64,000 nt of DNA from an uncultured Candidatus Saccharibacteria bacterium (lineage in GTDB: Bacteria > Patescibacteriota > Minisyncoccia > Phycocordibacterales > UBA918). Made by a program: the position numbers and the translations under genes. Positions within the stretch are counted from its first letter, which is position 1. The number at the start of each line of letters is the position of its first letter. Shown in pieces: positions 60,756-64,000 of this stretch. The DNA lies in the NCBI GenBank assembly GCA_964350645.1, contig CAYGJY010000001.1, positions 399,939-463,938 of the forward strand, written 5' to 3'. The notes beneath the pieces were generated by a model. That model searched no databases and had not been told where the DNA came from. It was given only the letters and a program-made list of their open reading frames with translations.

Positions 60756-61298
60756 TTAATCAACCAAAATTTGGACAGTACTTGGCAAACCTTGCTTAAT
60801 AACTACGAGATCAGCAGCAGTATACTTAGTGCCGCGTAAATCAAGTACTTCAAGGTTTTTCAGATTTGCCAGTTCATGAGGCAGGCCAGTGAATGGGTTA
60901 TTGGCCAGATTAAGAACTTTGAGCTTGTTGAGTTGACCAACCTCAGCCGGCAGGCCAGTGAAGTTATTGACGCTTAGGTTAAGCACAGTCAAATCTTCCA
61001 GGTGACGTACTTCGGCTTTCAGTGAGCCCGACAAAGCCCGGCCCGAGAGATCAACGTTCGTGGAGTTTTCTGGGACACTGATCCCGGCGTAAACTTCAAC
61101 CATTGCTCCAGTACCTGAGAGCTGTTCTGCAGCTGACTTAGCACTATCAAGTGCTTCAGTGTAAAGATTGCCCTGCGTTGTTTCGTCGTTACTTACTACT
61201 GTTTTACGACTACTCATGTCTGACGACAGGTGAGAATAGCCTAAGCCAGCAGCCATAGCAAGGACCAAGAAAAGTCCGATGATACCAATGAATTTCAT
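60756..61298 (-). CDS. Membrane-anchored leucine-rich repeat protein
   Basis: N-terminal TM helix; LxxLxLxxNxFTGLPxE repeats. Confidence 0.9.
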   Translation of the reverse strand: MKFIGIIGLFLVLAMAAGLGYSHLSSDMSSRKTVVSNDETTQGNLYTEALDSAKSAAEQLSGTGAMVEVYAGISVPENSTNVDLSGRALSGSLKAEVRHLEDLTVLNLSVNNFTGLPAEVGQLNKLKVLNLANNPFTGLPHELANLKNLEVLDLRGTKYTAADLVVIKQGLPSTVQILVD

Positions 61299-61358
61299 AC
61301 TACCGATACTTATTGAATAGTAGTTTAGTATACGCTTGTTTTCACTAATGTTGTTGTT

Positions 61359-61401
61359 AAGAAAGCAGCAGGGCGGCCAAAGGCCGCCCTGCTGCTTTCT
61401 T
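61359..61401 (-). terminator. typA terminator (perfect 20-bp stem)
   Basis: AAGAAAGCAGCAGGGCGGCC-aaa-GGCCGCCCTGCTGCTTTCTT. Confidence 0.8.
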
Positions 61402-61414
61402 TCCTCTTCGCAAA

Positions 61415-63196
61415 CTACTTTGCTTTCTTTCGTTCACTTTCCTTCAGACCTTGCTTCCGTAAGCGGATTGATTGTGGGCAGACTTCAAGATATTCATCTT
61501 GCTGAACAATTTCTAGTCCAAGTTCGATAGACAGTGGCCGATGTGGCGTGAGTACAGTCGCATCATCACTTCCAGACGCACGCATGTTGGTAAGTTGCTT
61601 TCCTTTAGTTGGATTCACAATCATCTCTTCTCCCTTACTCGTGTTACCGATCACCATTCCTTCATACACTTCTGTACCAGCACCAATGTAGAGCTCACCT
61701 CGGTCCTGTAGACCCATCAGACCAAAGCCAAGGGCTTTTCCAGTTGCCATTGACGTCATTGAGCCAACTTGTCGTTTCTTGATCTCGCCAGCGTATGGTC
61801 GGAACTCAAGGAAGCGTGAAGCTAGAATACCTTCACCTTTCGTATCAATAATAAATTGGTTTTTATACCCAAGGAGACCGCGAGTTGGACCTTCAAAAAG
61901 AAGTCGCACTTGGTTCTCATGTGGCACCATGTTTTGCATGATGAAGCCTCGGTTTGAGAGTCGTTCAATAACTGAACCTTGGTATTCACTTGGCACATCG
62001 ATCGTTACCTCTTCAAACGGCTCACTCTTTACGCCATCAACATCTTTCACAATTACTTGCGGCTGAGAAACTGAGAGCTCATACCCTTCACGGCGCATGT
62101 TTTCAAGCAGAATCGAAATGTGCATTTCTCCCCGTCCTTTTACTTCGTACGTATCGCCATTGTTTACTACCTGGAGACCAACGTTGATTTCAAGCTCTTT
62201 TTCAAGGCGCTCACCAATCTGACGACTGGTGACATACTTCCCTTCGCGACCAGCAAATGGTGACGAGTTCACCAAGAAGGTCATTGCCACAGTTGGTTCA
62301 TCAACTGAAATTTCTGGTAACAGCTCAACTCCCTCAACATCTGAGATTGTTTCACCGATATTGATATCTTCGAGTCCGGCAATCAGTACGATGTCGCCTG
62401 CAAACGCTTCGTCAAGCTCAACTTGCTGCACTCCTTTGTAGCCTGAAAGCTTAACCACCTTTCCTTTCTTAGTCGGGCCCTCGTGCGAAGCGATCACCAC
62501 TTGTTGTCCCTTCTTAATTTTTCCGTCATAAATCCGAGCCACCGCCAAACGGCCCAGGAAGTTGTCGTAGCCAAGGTTAAATACCTGCGCGCGAAGAGAT
62601 TCACCTTCAACATAGCCCTTTGAGGCTGGTACATGTTCAAGAATTGTATCGAGGACTGGTGAGAGGTCTTTCATTTCGTCAGCCATATTGCGCTTCGCGA
62701 GACCATCACGACCAATCGCGTACACCACTGGGAAATCAGACTGCTCATCTGAAGCGCCAAGCTCGAGAAAGAGTTCAAGGACTTGTTCTTCACACCGATC
62801 CGTATCAGCCGCTGGCTTATCGATCTTGTTGACGATCACAATTGGCTTCAAGCCAAGTTCAAGGGATTTTTTCAGCACAAAGCGCGTTTGCGGCATTGGA
62901 CCTTCCTGCGCGTCTACGACGAGGAGTACTGAGTCAATTGAACGCAACACTCGCTCCACTTCAGAGCCGAAGTCGGCGTGACCAGGGGTGTCGACGATGT
63001 TGATTTTGGTGTCTTTGTATTCTACAGAGGTATTCTTAGCATAAATGGTAATTCCCCGCTCTTGCTCGAGCGCGTTATTGTCCATCGACGCGTCCCCTTG
63101 GCGTGAACCAGTGAATTCCATCAAACCATCGGTCAAAGTAGTCTTTCCGTGGTCAACGTGGGCAATAATAGCAATGTTTCGAATTGGTTGGCTCAT
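61415..63196 (-). CDS. typA: Translational GTPase TypA/BipA
   Basis: IRNIAIIAHVDHGKTT, ERGITI, DTPGHADF, PFAGREGKYVTSR, KQLTNMRASGSD. Confidence 0.97.
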   Translation of the reverse strand: MSQPIRNIAIIAHVDHGKTTLTDGLMEFTGSRQGDASMDNNALEQERGITIYAKNTSVEYKDTKINIVDTPGHADFGSEVERVLRSIDSVLLVVDAQEGPMPQTRFVLKKSLELGLKPIVIVNKIDKPAADTDRCEEQVLELFLELGASDEQSDFPVVYAIGRDGLAKRNMADEMKDLSPVLDTILEHVPASKGYVEGESLRAQVFNLGYDNFLGRLAVARIYDGKIKKGQQVVIASHEGPTKKGKVVKLSGYKGVQQVELDEAFAGDIVLIAGLEDINIGETISDVEGVELLPEISVDEPTVAMTFLVNSSPFAGREGKYVTSRQIGERLEKELEINVGLQVVNNGDTYEVKGRGEMHISILLENMRREGYELSVSQPQVIVKDVDGVKSEPFEEVTIDVPSEYQGSVIERLSNRGFIMQNMVPHENQVRLLFEGPTRGLLGYKNQFIIDTKGEGILASRFLEFRPYAGEIKKRQVGSMTSMATGKALGFGLMGLQDRGELYIGAGTEVYEGMVIGNTSKGEEMIVNPTKGKQLTNMRASGSDDATVLTPHRPLSIELGLEIVQQDEYLEVCPQSIRLRKQGLKESERKKAK

Positions 63197-63321
63197 ATAC
63201 TAAATAAAATGATAAATAAAAAGGAGCCTTAGCTCGGCTCAATATTGGCAGCATCATACTGTGGAAACAGGGTTTTGTCGAGTAATGATTGTCAAATTTC
63301 TAAATAGCTGTACTATGTCGA

Positions 63322-63510
63322 AACCCGACAACATGTGTGTAATTGCGTTAGTCGGTAGAGACTCTTCAGCCTGTTTCAGTACTACGAAGAGTTCTCCGTG
63401 TGAGAGGCCGGTCATTCATCTGCCACCCCAAGTGACCGGCCTCTCCATGGACTTGTTCTTCGTCGAATCTTCGTGCTTCAAGCAATCCAGCTTGGAGCAT
63501 TGTCGTTTTT
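63322..63510 (+). ncRNA. Candidate ~190-nt rod-like structured RNA (6S-like?)
   Basis: TTGTCA-N16-TACTAT upstream; nested inverted repeats centred near 63423; ends in a T-run. Confidence 0.3.
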
Positions 63511-63551
63511 AGATACTTAGAATGTCCCATTTAAATAGTAGACAAGAGAAA

Positions 63552-63596
63552 GGGCCGCGCGAATGTGTGGAGGCCCTCCTCCTATTCGCGCGGCCC
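63552..63596 (-). terminator. Hairpin after the VPLPA-CTERM gene
   Basis: GGGCCGCGCGAAT...ATTCGCGCGGCCC followed on the minus strand by TTTCTCTT. Confidence 0.65.
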
Positions 63597-63609
63597 GTGG
63601 GCCGCTTCT

Positions 63610-64000
63610 TCATTTCCGCTTCCACCACCAGACGCCGAAGCTAAGCAGCCCGACCGGCAGCAGCAGCCCAGCTGCCGGGAGCGGAACTGCCGTGGTGCCG
63701 CCATCATTGTCGATCCGCCAATCGTAGTTGACGATGACGACGACCGTTGGATCTACACCTCTGGGATCATTTTCATCCCGTGGCGGCTGTACCACCACGA
63801 CCGGGATGAAATCCAGCGGTGAGCCACCAAAGCCACCACCTTCCCCGAAACCCCCGCCAGCGAAGACCAGCGGGAAGGTGTCCGACGTCTGTGGCGGTGC
63901 CGGAGCGATTGCTCCAGGCGGCGGGAGGGGCGTTTTCCGCCCCACCCAATTGCCACACGTGAACACTTTGATCAGCTCATAGAGCCAACCTTCGTGCTCG
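63610..64000 (-). CDS. VPLPA-CTERM sorting-domain protein (5' end outside the window)
   Basis: The frame is open to the window edge (EHEGWLYELIKVFTCGNW..); C-terminus TTAVPLPAAGLLLPVGLLSFGVWWWKRK. Confidence 0.75.
   Translation of the reverse strand, partial: EHEGWLYELIKVFTCGNWVGRKTPLPPPGAIAPAPPQTSDTFPLVFAGGGFGEGGGFGGSPLDFIPVVVVQPPRDENDPRGVDPTVVVIVNYDWRIDNDGGTTAVPLPAAGLLLPVGLLSFGVWWWKRK

Noticed and set aside
1-64000. Alternative genetic code (TGA read as Gly, as in Gracilibacteria)
   Set aside because: Long genes are intact under code 11, and TGA ends the ECF sigma gene at the expected position.

Overview
This 64-kb window is almost entirely coded on the minus strand. Its gene content and style fit a Patescibacteria/CPR genome (Parcubacteria-like, genetic code 11); that assignment is an inference. 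Bases 1-44.6 kb form a large cell-surface locus. It has three cohesin proteins (two complete and membrane-anchored, one truncated), two dockerin proteins, two WxL/pilin-like subunits ending in ..LTY(V/I)ATPTF and two DUF916-like (WxL-interacting, chaperone-like) membrane proteins. It also has a 6658-aa giant adhesin-like protein and a 620-aa protein that share a C-terminal 'WGIAIP' domain, a MacB-type ABC transporter, an Fn3 protein, Hsp20 and three FGE/C-type-lectin-fold proteins. Shared domains link these parts into what looks like an undescribed hybrid cohesin-dockerin / WxL-like surface-display system. Bases 44.9-64 kb hold a split umuD/umuC pair, a Nudix hydrolase, a GH18 enzyme, a CAP protein, a peptidoglycan-binding surface protein, an ECF sigma/anti-sigma pair, YhiN-family and pseudouridine synthase genes, typA and a GC-rich VPLPA-CTERM gene. 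Non-coding signals include a 4-copy ECF promoter motif (GTGWAAKAWW-N13-CGTMA), one copy of which drives an ORF-less structured transcript; apparently leaderless -10 promoters; and a 6S-like RNA candidate. All domain calls come from reading motifs by eye; no searches were run.
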